A stretch of 51,168 bases of DNA from a virus. Lineage: Duplodnaviria; Caudoviricetes. Location: IMG/VR virus record IMGVR_UViG_3300006853_000005, positions 1 through 51,168 of that record. One strand, given 5' to 3'. The position numbers and the translations under genes are program-made. Shown in pieces: positions 35,300-43,984 of this stretch. The stretch's first letter is position 1, and each line of letters starts with the position of its first letter. The notes under the pieces were generated by a model that worked only from the letters and a program-made list of their open reading frames with translations, did no database searches and was not told the origin of the DNA.

Positions 35300-35667
35300 T
35301 GAACACCTCGACCGAGTTCTACGAGGAGTTCAAGCGGCTCGGTGTCCTGCTCGAAGCCGGGCTCGATGCGCTCAAGCGCCACGTCGTGGCGTACGCCGAC
35401 GCTGAGGCTGCGTACCGCAAGGCCAAGGCCGAGGCGTGGCTGATCGCTCCCCGGTTCACCGAGGAGATCAAGGTCACCGCCGGCGAGCGCGAGGCGTGGG
35501 TCGAGGGCCAGACGTCCAAGGTCCGCCACGCCCGCGACATCGCTGACGGGATGAAGCAGGCGGCGCTCGAGGCGGTCCGTTCGCGGCGGGCGCAGATCAG
35601 TGCGCTGCAAACGCTGCTGAACGCCCACCAGGAGGAGGCGAAGTTCGCACGGATGGGACCGTCGTGA
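35296..35667 (+). CDS. helical hypothetical protein (possible recombination mediator)
   Basis: YRKAKAEAWL..TAGEREAWVE..LEAVRSRRAQISALQTL; coupled to the ATPase. Confidence 0.65.
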   Translation: MMNTSTEFYEEFKRLGVLLEAGLDALKRHVVAYADAEAAYRKAKAEAWLIAPRFTEEIKVTAGEREAWVEGQTSKVRHARDIADGMKQAALEAVRSRRAQISALQTLLNAHQEEAKFARMGPS

Positions 35668-35885
35668 CGCTCACGCCGTTCCAGACCACGGTCCTGCTCG
35701 CCCTGGTGCGCATCGGTCGACCGGCGACGGTCCGGGAGGTCGTGGTCGAGGCGGGCATCCACTCGCTGGGCGATGTGAACCGGACCCTCACGGAGCTGTG
35801 GCGGCTCGGGGTGGTTGCTGACGACGGCGGGTTTGTCCGACCGCTCGATCTGGGCGCCTGGTCGCTGGTCGAGGTGGCGTCGTGA
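35664..35885 (+). CDS. winged-HTH protein
   Basis: LTPFQTTVL..PATVREVV..GI.SLGDVNRTLTEL (LexA-N-like pattern). Confidence 0.65.
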   Translation: MTLTPFQTTVLLALVRIGRPATVREVVVEAGIHSLGDVNRTLTELWRLGVVADDGGFVRPLDLGAWSLVEVAS

Positions 35886-36349
35886 CCGCCCAGTTGCCTC
35901 TCCCTGGCCCGCAGAAGGTGATGTGCCCGTGCGGATGCGGGACCTTCGGTACACCCCGCAAGAAGGCTTGGGGCGACGGTCTGCGCCACGTCCGTGGCTG
36001 CGGTCCGTGCAACCGCTGCGCCGGGTCGAGGCACTCGAAGAACGCGTCGCGTCGCGAGCGCCGGATCGCCGCCGATCTGGGCGGTGCCCGTGAGGTGATG
36101 TCCGGTGCCCTGTCGGGTGCGGACGTGAAGGCCGGGGGCTGGTCGTTCGAGGAGACCTCCAATGAGGCGGTTGTGCGTGGGTTCCGCCGTTGGTGGACGT
36201 CGAAGACGGTGCGCTCGAAGACGGCCCGCCTGTTGGCCCGCCACGGCGAGGCGCACGCCCTGATCCTCTCGTGGGACGGCCGCCCTCAGTGCGTGGTCGT
36301 CCCTTACGCCGATTTCGTCGGCCAGTTCGATGAAGGGAAGACAGCGTGA
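35882..36349 (+). CDS. Zn-binding protein with degenerate Hjc-like PD-(D/E)xK region
   Basis: CPCGCG..HVRGCGPCNRC; RERRIA..SGA..ADV..FEET. Confidence 0.55.
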   Translation: MTAQLPLPGPQKVMCPCGCGTFGTPRKKAWGDGLRHVRGCGPCNRCAGSRHSKNASRRERRIAADLGGAREVMSGALSGADVKAGGWSFEETSNEAVVRGFRRWWTSKTVRSKTARLLARHGEAHALILSWDGRPQCVVVPYADFVGQFDEGKTA

Positions 36350-36690
36350 GCGACACCCACCCCCGCTACATCGTGGCCCCGGACCGGTTGGCCGAGCCGC
36401 CGGCCTACGCCGTGGTCGACACGCAGGGCGACAACGGCGACAACCCCCAGATCCTGTGCGCCACCACCGACGCCTTTGCCTCCCGGATCGCTGCCGCCCT
36501 GAACGACTGGGGCAAGTGCGACCGACTGCACCACGAGCTGCACCGGATGGGGGTGGCGAGGGAGGAACTGCGTCAGCGCACGGCTGACGAGATGGCGTCG
36601 CTTCGTTCGGAGCTGCACGCCGCTCTGACCCGGCTGGCCGACATTGACCCCGCACCCAAGGGTGAGGCCCCGAAGGCGGTCGACCGGTGA
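36346..36690 (+). CDS. hypothetical coiled-coil protein
   Basis: Coupled ORF. Confidence 0.65.
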   Translation: MSDTHPRYIVAPDRLAEPPAYAVVDTQGDNGDNPQILCATTDAFASRIAAALNDWGKCDRLHHELHRMGVAREELRQRTADEMASLRSELHAALTRLADIDPAPKGEAPKAVDR

Positions 36691-36857
36691 GGACGTTCGC
36701 ACCGTACGCGGTGGCGATCGGGGCTCTGTTGGTGTCGCCGTCGATCGATGGCTGGGCGTTCCTCGCCGCCATGGTCGTGTTCGCGGTCGCGGTGTGCGTC
36801 GCTCTCGTCGACGCTGCGGTCGCTGATCGGGTCGGCCCACGGGGAGACCAGCGATGA
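36687..36857 (+). CDS. two-TM small membrane protein (not in the ORF track)
   Basis: VRTFAPYAVAIGALLVSPSIDGWAFLAAMVVFAVAVCVALVDAAV..; coupled at both ends. Confidence 0.65.
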   Translation: MRTFAPYAVAIGALLVSPSIDGWAFLAAMVVFAVAVCVALVDAAVADRVGPRGDQR

Positions 36858-37087
36858 GCTATGCCCGCTTCGGAGCGAACGGCTCCAACGTCTACGTCTT
36901 CCAGAACACCGACCTGATGATCGAGTGCTGTGGCTGCGCCCTGCGTGCCGGTCGGGAACGGATCGAGTTCGCCACCGTCGACGAGATGGTCGAGCACCTC
37001 CGCTACCACGAGGCCGCCGGCCACTGCGTCCCGGGCGAGACCTACGAGGCCATGTTGGCCGACCGGGCGATCGGCGAGCTGCGATGA
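36854..37087 (+). CDS. hypothetical phage protein
   Basis: MSYARF..SNVYVF..IECCGC..HL..H..AGH. Confidence 0.75.
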   Translation: MSYARFGANGSNVYVFQNTDLMIECCGCALRAGRERIEFATVDEMVEHLRYHEAAGHCVPGETYEAMLADRAIGELR

Positions 37088-37557
37088 GCCGGTTCGCTGA
37101 GAACACGACGGTCCCGGCCGACAAGTCGAGGGCCGAGATCGAGCGGACGTTGCAGCGCTACGGCGCAGACCAGTTCGCCTACGGCTGGGAGACCAACCGG
37201 GCGATGATCCAGTTCCGGGTGGACGACCGGCTGGTGCGCTTCGTGCTGCCCCTCCCGGACCGGGCCGACCCGCTGTTCACCCGCACACCGACCAAGGGCG
37301 ACGTGCGTTCCCCGGAGGCGGCTGAGCGGGCGTGGGAGCAGGCGACCCGCCAGAAGTGGCGGGCGCTGCTGCTGATGGTCAAGGCGATGCTCGAAGCGGT
37401 CGAGTCCGGGATCGTCGCCTTCGAGGACGTGTTCCTCGCCCAGACGGTCCTGCCCGACAACTCGACGGTCGCCGACTTCATGCACCCCCAGATCGAGGTC
37501 GCCGCACGGACCGGGCAGATGCCCCACGCCATGCCCGCGTTGGAGGCCGGGTCATGA
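37084..37557 (+). CDS. conserved hypothetical phage protein
   Basis: FAENTTVPADKSRAEIERTLQRYGA..WRALLLMVKAMLEAVESGI. Confidence 0.8.
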   Translation: MSRFAENTTVPADKSRAEIERTLQRYGADQFAYGWETNRAMIQFRVDDRLVRFVLPLPDRADPLFTRTPTKGDVRSPEAAERAWEQATRQKWRALLLMVKAMLEAVESGIVAFEDVFLAQTVLPDNSTVADFMHPQIEVAARTGQMPHAMPALEAGS

Positions 37558-37790
37558 ACACCACTGCTCGGAGCTGTCGGGCAAACACGTCGGGTCACGT
37601 GCTCTACCGATGGACGGACGGCGGGGGCAACGAGTGGGCGTGCGCTGCCTATGACCACGGGCCGTTCTGTCGCCTGTGCTCGTTGGTTGATCCGTCAATG
37701 GCTGCACAGCTCGCTGACGTCGAGGTCGGAGCAGCTGAGGTGTGGACTGAGGCAGACGGTGCTCTGACGTTCACGAAGGCAGAGTCATGA
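37554..37790 (+). CDS. hypothetical protein
   Basis: ATGA coupling at both ends; atypical codon usage. Confidence 0.55.
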   Translation: MNTTARSCRANTSGHVLYRWTDGGGNEWACAAYDHGPFCRLCSLVDPSMAAQLADVEVGAAEVWTEADGALTFTKAES

Positions 37791-38119
37791 CCCCCGGTCT
37801 TGCTCGTGTCATGGAGTCTGCCCGTGGGGCGGTAGCGCTCGGACAGGCAGTCCCCGCCGACCACGCACGGGTCCTACTCGACGCCCTCCCTTCTGGTCCG
37901 GCTCATCCGCCGCACCTGCTGTTCGCCCTGTGGACGGACAACGAGACCGGCGAGCTGGTCCTGACCAACCAGCGGGGCGAGGTGTTCCACCTGCCCGCCG
38001 TCGAGTCCCCGCATCTGGCGGTCATGTTGGCCGACCACTGCGACGACAACGACGAGCGTTGGCACGTCCGGTCCGAGTGGGCCGACCTCGAAGACGACGA
38101 CGAGGAGGGCGAGCTGTGA
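37787..38119 (+). CDS. hypothetical protein
   Basis: Coupled ORF. Confidence 0.65.
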   Translation: MTPGLARVMESARGAVALGQAVPADHARVLLDALPSGPAHPPHLLFALWTDNETGELVLTNQRGEVFHLPAVESPHLAVMLADHCDDNDERWHVRSEWADLEDDDEEGEL

Positions 38120-38610
38120 TCCCGGTCTCGTTGGGTCTCGCTGTCGGTGTGGTCCTGGGTCTGCTGGTCGGGGCGAAGGCCCGTCGGACCTTGCGTCAGG
38201 AACGCAACGAGGCGGCGGCGCTGGTGGTGATGTTCAACAGCTCGGCGGTGTCCGATGACCGTGCCGAGGTCGGGCCGATCACCCCCGCCCGCGGGACCGT
38301 GGTCGGTGACGACCTCGACCCCGAACCGTTCATGGCCGACAGCGGCTACCGGGCGCCGATCTTCCGTCGCCCTGCGGGTTCTGGTCTGCACGTTTCGCGT
38401 GGCTGGCACGCCGACCCGTTCGCCCCGGGGTGCGGATGTGTTCTCGCTCACTGCGGGCTGGTCATCCCCCAGTCGGGATGCGCCCAGCACGACAACGGCA
38501 AGACGTTCCGCCTAGCCCACCGGGTTGAGGACTGTCCGGTCTACGCCGACCCGGTCGAGGACGACTCCTCTGATGGGCCCCGTACGGTCCCCGGAAAGGT
38601 CACGGACTGA
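38116..38610 (+). CDS. hypothetical protein with N-terminal TM and Cys/His cluster
   Basis: LGLAVGVVLGLLVG; CGCVLAHCGLV..C..H..H..DCP. Confidence 0.65.
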   Translation: MIPVSLGLAVGVVLGLLVGAKARRTLRQERNEAAALVVMFNSSAVSDDRAEVGPITPARGTVVGDDLDPEPFMADSGYRAPIFRRPAGSGLHVSRGWHADPFAPGCGCVLAHCGLVIPQSGCAQHDNGKTFRLAHRVEDCPVYADPVEDDSSDGPRTVPGKVTD

Positions 38611-38978
38611 TGCGGGTCATCGTGTGCGGCTCCCGCACCTTCACCAACAAGCGGCTTCCGCACGCCCTGCTCGACGGCCTCCACGTCAGCACGCCAGATC
38701 GGCTCACTCTCATCGAGGGCGGGGCCAGAGGCGCCGATGAGATCGCCGCCCGCTGGGCCGCCACCACCCCGACCGTCGAACACCTGACCTTCTTCGCCGG
38801 GTGGGACGAGCACGGCAAGGCCGCGGGTCCGATCCGCAACCAGCAGATGCTCGACGAAGGGCGACCCGACCTCGTCATCGCCTTTGTCGACAAGCCCCTC
38901 GCCCAGTCGAAGGGCACCGCCGACATGGTCACCCGTGCCCGCAAGGCCAACGTGCCCACCTGGGTGGTCGAGCTGTGA
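38610..38978 (+). CDS. SLOG-family (YspA/DUF2493-like) protein
   Basis: MRVIVCGSR, IEGGARGAD, AAGPIRNQQML, SKGTADM. Confidence 0.88.
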   Translation: MRVIVCGSRTFTNKRLPHALLDGLHVSTPDRLTLIEGGARGADEIAARWAATTPTVEHLTFFAGWDEHGKAAGPIRNQQMLDEGRPDLVIAFVDKPLAQSKGTADMVTRARKANVPTWVVEL

Positions 38979-39202
38979 CGGTCCTCGCTGTGATCGCCGT
39001 GGCCCTCACCCTCACCGCCGCCGTTCTGGTGGCGGGGTGTGCGTGGCACCGGATCGATCAGCTCACCGTCGACTGCCGGCGGCTCACCCGGACCAACCAC
39101 CGCCAGGCCCGGACGATCGACCGGCTCGCCCGGCAGCTCGACCCCCACCGGCCCCGGCGCCGGGCGGGCTGCGCACGCAAGGAGAACGCACGTGGCCGAT
39201 GA
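38975..39202 (+). CDS. small TM protein
   Basis: VLAVIAVALTLTAAVLVAGCAW followed by a coiled coil. Confidence 0.6.
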   Translation: MTVLAVIAVALTLTAAVLVAGCAWHRIDQLTVDCRRLTRTNHRQARTIDRLARQLDPHRPRRRAGCARKENARGR

Positions 39203-39449
39203 CCGCACCAAGAAAGACGGGGTGACCTACCCGACCCAGCTGGCCGCCGAAGCCATGGCCTCCCACGACAGCCACTCCTGGTCGACCCTCGCCCCCCGGG
39301 ACAAGCGGGCGTATCTCGACGCGGCCGTGGCCGTGTGCGAGGCGATCGTGGCCAGCGAAGAGGGCTGGCAGATCGTCCGTGTCGCCGACTCGTGGGCCAG
39401 TGACAACGGCGGGCATTGCATCCTCGCCGACGAGGTGTGGCGGCCATGA
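39192..39449 (+). CDS. hypothetical protein
   Basis: AAGGAG RBS before GTG 39192. Confidence 0.65.
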   Translation: MADDRTKKDGVTYPTQLAAEAMASHDSHSWSTLAPRDKRAYLDAAVAVCEAIVASEEGWQIVRVADSWASDNGGHCILADEVWRP

Positions 39450-39664
39450 CCGACCCGATGGAACGCCCGATGAACGCCTGGGTACGCCCCGGCCCGAGGG
39501 GCCGCTGGCACCAGGCCGAGCAGGACACCCGCACCGACACGGCGGTCCTGTGCTGCTCCGGACAGACCGTGAGAACCACCCGGGCCGAGGTCATGGACTA
39601 CCGGTGGCGACCGTCGTCGGGCCAGTGCTACCACCCGCCCTGCAATCGGGAGGTCGGGCCATGA
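39446..39664 (+). CDS. hypothetical Cys/His protein
   Basis: ATGA coupling. Confidence 0.6.
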   Translation: MTDPMERPMNAWVRPGPRGRWHQAEQDTRTDTAVLCCSGQTVRTTRAEVMDYRWRPSSGQCYHPPCNREVGP

Positions 39665-39867
39665 CCGACCCGGTCCACGACGCCGCCCAAGCACTCCTCG
39701 ACGCCGTCAGCCCGCCTGGGCAGCCCCACGGTGTTTGCGCCGCCTGCAAGCGGGCGTTCATCGAGAACCATGCGCCGGACTGCGCGTGGGAGGCCCTGCG
39801 TGAGGCCCTGGGCACCCGTGTGCGTGTCGTCCGGGCCATCGACCAGGAGGAACCGTGGCCACACTGA
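39661..39867 (+). CDS. hypothetical protein (CxxC..H..C)
   Basis: GGAGG RBS; VCAACK..HAPDCAW. Confidence 0.6.
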   Translation: MTDPVHDAAQALLDAVSPPGQPHGVCAACKRAFIENHAPDCAWEALREALGTRVRVVRAIDQEEPWPH

Positions 39868-40241
39868 CGCCCCCGACGGGCTGGCGCTTCGCCTGGCTCG
39901 ATGAGATCCCCGATGGCGCAGCTTTCCGCTTCCACGCTGAGGACAAGGACCGGGCCGCCGAAGACCGAAAGGCCCAGCGTCCCCACAGCCTGGTGATCAT
40001 CCCCTTGCCGTGCCCCACGTGCGGCGGGACTGGCCGGGCCACCGACCAGCCGAATGAGGACCTCCTTGATGCCGAGCGCATCGAAGGCACAGTCCTCGAC
40101 GCAGTGCACAAGGTCGACGGGACGTGCGAGCTGGTCATCGAAGTCCCTGAGGCCGAGTATGGCGATCACCTCGGCATGCCCGTAGCCGTGCTGCCCATGG
40201 TGGCGGCCGACCAGCCGACGGAGGTGGCCGGCGATGGCTGA
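39855..40241 (+). CDS. hypothetical protein
   Basis: AGGAGG RBS; CPTCGGTG. Confidence 0.65.
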   Translation: MATLTPPTGWRFAWLDEIPDGAAFRFHAEDKDRAAEDRKAQRPHSLVIIPLPCPTCGGTGRATDQPNEDLLDAERIEGTVLDAVHKVDGTCELVIEVPEAEYGDHLGMPVAVLPMVAADQPTEVAGDG

Positions 40242-40485
40242 CCGCACGCTGGACAAGCGGCTCGCCGAGCTGGCCGAGCTGCCCGAGGACTGGAACGGCT
40301 ACGGCGCCAAGCGCATCACCCCTGAGGCCATCGACACGGCCGAGCGGCTGATCTTCACACCGATGTCGCAGGGCGGATTGCAGATCGAGCTGCACGTCAA
40401 GGGTGCCAGCGTCGAGGTTGAGGTTGGCGCCGACGGTCGCATCCTCTGCTGCGACTTCGACGTGCGGGGAGGTGGCCGGCGATGA
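40234..40485 (+). CDS. hypothetical protein
   Basis: LAELPEDWNGYGA..P..GGLQIE motif; GGAGG RBS. Confidence 0.7.
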   Translation: MADRTLDKRLAELAELPEDWNGYGAKRITPEAIDTAERLIFTPMSQGGLQIELHVKGASVEVEVGADGRILCCDFDVRGGGRR

Positions 40486-40730
40486 GTGACCCCGTGACCA
40501 AACGCGAGCGGCGAGCGATGGACCTCAGCCCCGGAGGATGGGGCCAGGTCGGCGCCGCCACCATGACCCGCTACTCCAAACCGGCCCGCAGCTCGAGCCG
40601 CCGCCGCTGCCCGTGGTGCCACCGTCGGGCGACGCACGTGGGCATGGCCAACGGCGTGGCCCTGACGTCCGGGTGCGAGTGGCACGTGGCCGTCTGGGTG
40701 CGTGTCGGTTGGGTGGCCGGCGATGAGTGA
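40482..40730 (+). CDS. hypothetical protein
   Basis: RRRCPWCHRRATHVGMANGVALTSGCE. Confidence 0.65.
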   Translation: MSDPVTKRERRAMDLSPGGWGQVGAATMTRYSKPARSSSRRRCPWCHRRATHVGMANGVALTSGCEWHVAVWVRVGWVAGDE

Positions 40731-40929
40731 CCGCACCGACAGCCGAGCCATCTCCCGGGCGTCGAACGACCTGAACAACGACGTGCAGCTCATGGCGGCC
40801 CGCTTCGACCAGGCGCTCGACCTGCTGGAGCAGTGGATGCTCACGTACCTCGACGACCAGTTCTTGGTGATCAGCACCCGGTCGTTGCTGACCCGTGGTG
40901 GGCGGGAGGTGGCCGATGGCCAGCCCTGA
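40723..40929 (+). CDS. hypothetical protein
   Basis: Overlapping coupled ORF. Confidence 0.6.
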   Translation: MSDRTDSRAISRASNDLNNDVQLMAARFDQALDLLEQWMLTYLDDQFLVISTRSLLTRGGREVADGQP

Positions 40930-41200
40930 GCCGAGCCGCACAGCGATCGCCGTCAGTCTCTTCGATGGAGCCGAGAGCCCCGAGGCACTGAACGCAGAGA
41001 TGGCGGAATACGTGTCGGACCTCATCGTCAAGCAACTGGGACTCACCATGCACCTCGCTCCCCAGAGCCGCGATGAGGACGGCGAGGTCTGGTGCTGCTC
41101 ATGCCACAGCCGCGACGGCCTCGCACTCGTTGCGCCCGGCTGGGGCGGCGTCTACGCCTGCCGCGACTGCCACCCCCGAGCAGCGAGGCCCACACGATGA
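40916..41200 (+). CDS. hypothetical protein (CxxC..CxxC)
   Basis: GGAGG RBS; WCCSCH..YACRDCH. Confidence 0.6.
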   Translation: MASPEPSRTAIAVSLFDGAESPEALNAEMAEYVSDLIVKQLGLTMHLAPQSRDEDGEVWCCSCHSRDGLALVAPGWGGVYACRDCHPRAARPTR

Positions 41201-41520
41201 CCTGCACGGCCGCGGACTGCACCCGACCCCCGCGCACCCATGGGCTGTGCGCGGCGCACCGCTGGCGGCAACGGACATGGGGTGACGCGATGGCCGAACG
41301 CCCCCTGCGGCCAGGTAACCCGCCCGGCCTCGACCCCACGCCAGCGCTCGCCCATGTCAGAGACGAGTCGTCAGCGACGATCGCCCGCATCTTCGCAGTC
41401 AGCTCAACGACAGTCCGATGCTGGCGCACGGGCCGACGACTCGTCTCCCGGAGCCTCGCCGATCGCATGGCCATCACGCTCGGGCTCCACCCGTCGAACC
41501 TGTGGCCAGAGGAGTGGTGA
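41197..41520 (+). CDS. zinc-finger plus HTH protein
   Basis: CTAADC..HGLCAAH; IARIFAVSSTTVRCW..ADRMAITLGLHPSNLWPEEW. Confidence 0.7.
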   Translation: MTCTAADCTRPPRTHGLCAAHRWRQRTWGDAMAERPLRPGNPPGLDPTPALAHVRDESSATIARIFAVSSTTVRCWRTGRRLVSRSLADRMAITLGLHPSNLWPEEW

Positions 41521-42809
41521 TGACCACCTCGGTCCGCCGCTGTGTGCTCTACGCCCGGCTCAGCGTCACCAAGGAAGAGTCCGTCTCGATCGACCGTCAG
41601 CTCGACGCCTGCCGACGCTACGCCGAGAGCCGCGGTTGGGAGATCATCGGCAAGTTCGTCGACGATGGCGTGTCCGCGACCGCCAACCGGCCGGAGGACC
41701 GCCGCGGCTGGGCGGCCCTCCTCGCCACGAGCGGGTTCGACGCCGTGGTCATCTGGAAGGTGGATCGGCTCGCTCGGCGGGTGCTCGATTTCCTGCACGT
41801 CGACGAGGTGTTGCAGGCCCGGGGTGCTGGGCTGGTCGCGGTCGAGGACCCGATCGACATGACAACCCCGATGGGCCGGGCCTTCGCAACGATCCTCGCC
41901 GTGTTCGGGGAGATGGAAGCCGCGGCGATCTCGGCCCGCATCCGTGCGGCCCGGGCGCACCTGCTCAAAGAGGGCCGCTGGGTGGGCGGCGGGATCCCCT
42001 ACGGCTACCAGTCGGCCCCCAACCCCGACGGCCCCGGCCACATCCTGGTCAAAGACCCGAAGCGCGCGCCGTGGCTCACGGAAGCGGTTGGGATGGCCAT
42101 GGCCGGTTCCACGGTCAACGGGATCACCCGCTGGCTAGACGCCCAAGGGGCGCCGCTTCCTGCGGGCCCGAACGCGCGGCGGAGGTCAGGCAGCGTGACC
42201 TGGAACCGACAGACCGTCGACGGGCTCCTGCGCAACCCGATCCTCGCTGGCATGACACCCCGCAACCCTGGGCGGAAGCGAAGCGCCAAACGAGCTGACC
42301 CATCAGCGGTCGTTCGCGACGAGGCCGGCAACCCGGTGATCGACGAGTCGCTGGCGATCCTCACCAGTGACGAGTTCGCTGCGTTGCAGCACATCCTCGA
42401 TTCCCGTGCCACTCCTCAGGCCCGGAAGCGAAGCGAAAGGGAGAAGACGAGCCCGTTGCTCTCTCGCGTCGCCCGCTGTGACGACTGCGCCGTGTACATG
42501 TGTCGTGGGACGAACCAGAAGCGCCCTGTCCTCTACTGCCCTCGCTGCAGACAGACCATCGGTCGCGAACGCCTCGACGCGTACCTGATCCGGCGGCTCC
42601 TGCGCGAGCGCGGAGGCCAACCACTAGGGGCGACCACGGTCCGCGACCACTGGCGTGTCGCCGGCACCGACGACCTCGCTCGCCGAGAGGTGCTCGTCAG
42701 TCAGATCGCCAGCCTCCGCATCCGCCGCGGTTTGGTCGGCCGGGCCTTCGACAAGACCCGGGTCCTGCTCACCTGGGCCCCGTTCTCATCAGCCGAGGAG
42801 GCAGCGTGA
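41520..42809 (+). CDS. large serine recombinase (compact, 429 aa)
   Basis: YARLS nucleophile, SIDRQ, DDGVSA, WKVDRLAR, GGGIPYGY, LLRNPILAG, zinc ribbon CDDC..YCPRC. Confidence 0.93.
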   Translation: MTTSVRRCVLYARLSVTKEESVSIDRQLDACRRYAESRGWEIIGKFVDDGVSATANRPEDRRGWAALLATSGFDAVVIWKVDRLARRVLDFLHVDEVLQARGAGLVAVEDPIDMTTPMGRAFATILAVFGEMEAAAISARIRAARAHLLKEGRWVGGGIPYGYQSAPNPDGPGHILVKDPKRAPWLTEAVGMAMAGSTVNGITRWLDAQGAPLPAGPNARRRSGSVTWNRQTVDGLLRNPILAGMTPRNPGRKRSAKRADPSAVVRDEAGNPVIDESLAILTSDEFAALQHILDSRATPQARKRSEREKTSPLLSRVARCDDCAVYMCRGTNQKRPVLYCPRCRQTIGRERLDAYLIRRLLRERGGQPLGATTVRDHWRVAGTDDLARREVLVSQIASLRIRRGLVGRAFDKTRVLLTWAPFSSAEEAA

Positions 42810-42927
42810 GCGCCACCCAGCCGGTACCCGGCCCCACCTCCCGGTGCCAGCGACATCGAGCACGAACCGATGACCGACGCCGAGCAGACCGCCATCTACG
42901 GGACGGTCATCACCGAGGGAGAGCCCG

Positions 42928-43371
42928 ATGCCTGCTGACCCGCTCGTCGCCTACTGCGTGATCACCCTCGTCGGCCTGCTGCTCACCGCCGCGATCGCCT
43001 ACGACCGGCCCGCCCGCCCCACACCCCGCATCGTCGGCCGACCACGGACCACCTGGTCAGGCAGGTCGAGCAGCATCGACACGACACCCCGGCCCGCGTG
43101 GCTCGACCGCCCCGACGACACCGTGACCTGGACCTACCGGGCAGGACAGGGAGACCCGCGACGAATGCGACGCCTCCGCACATACAACGCGTTCGCCGGG
43201 ACCACCTTCGGTGACCCCCCGCCGGCCGTGTTCGCCCGCCAAGCCCGACCGACCCTCACCGGCTCGGTCGCCGCAGCGTGGGACCAGTGGCACCACCGCA
43301 CCACCTGGCACGCCACCACCCCCGTCGTCCTACCCCCCGTCGACCCCGACCCCATCGAGGTGGCCGCGTGA
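42928..43371 (+). CDS. hypothetical protein with N-terminal TM
   Basis: LVAYCVITLVGLLLTAAIAY; GGAG RBS. Confidence 0.6.
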   Translation: MPADPLVAYCVITLVGLLLTAAIAYDRPARPTPRIVGRPRTTWSGRSSSIDTTPRPAWLDRPDDTVTWTYRAGQGDPRRMRRLRTYNAFAGTTFGDPPPAVFARQARPTLTGSVAAAWDQWHHRTTWHATTPVVLPPVDPDPIEVAA

Positions 43372-43571
43372 CCAAGCACCTCAACGACCGCGACCGGTCA
43401 CGCCACTGCGACGTGTGCGTCTGCGACACCCCCCGCTTCACCGGGCCCTGCAACTGCGACCAGAAACGCCACGCCCCCGGCGAATGCCGCGCCTGCCACC
43501 GCCCCTACGGGCCCACCTTCACCCACATCCGTGACGCCTGGCGGGCCCGGCTCCTCCAGGAGGTGTCGTGA
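43368..43571 (+). CDS. Cys-rich hypothetical protein
   Basis: HCDVCVC..CNC..ECRACHRP; coupled at both ends. Confidence 0.65.
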   Translation: MTKHLNDRDRSRHCDVCVCDTPRFTGPCNCDQKRHAPGECRACHRPYGPTFTHIRDAWRARLLQEVS

Positions 43572-43984
43572 TGCCCCAGCGAATCCAGCTCCGTCGCACC
43601 AAGGGATGGCGCAAGCCCAAGGACTCCATCATCGTCGCCCGCCCAAGTCGATGGGGCAACTGGTACGTCGTCGGCACCGCCAGCGAGTACCGCCACGGCA
43701 AATACGGCCTCGGCGATGACCTCATGGTCTGGACCGTCGACAAGTGGGGCCACCGCGACGGCAACCGCTGGGCCGGGTTCACCGACCGGCTGGAGGCCGT
43801 GACCTTCGCCGTCGACCTGTACCGCCGGTCCCTGGAGGCGACCTACGTGGACGTCGACGGGCCGCTCAACCGGGAGTTCTACCTCGGCGAGTTGACCGGG
43901 CACGACCTCGCCTGCTGGTGCCCGCTCGACCAGCCTTGCCACGCCGACGTCCTCCTCGACCTCGCCAACCGGGAGGCGCAGTGA
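43568..43984 (+). CDS. DUF4326-family protein
   Basis: RIQLRRTKGWRKP..RPSRWGN..ELTGHDLACWCPLDQPCHADVLL. Confidence 0.9.
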   Translation: MMPQRIQLRRTKGWRKPKDSIIVARPSRWGNWYVVGTASEYRHGKYGLGDDLMVWTVDKWGHRDGNRWAGFTDRLEAVTFAVDLYRRSLEATYVDVDGPLNREFYLGELTGHDLACWCPLDQPCHADVLLDLANREAQ

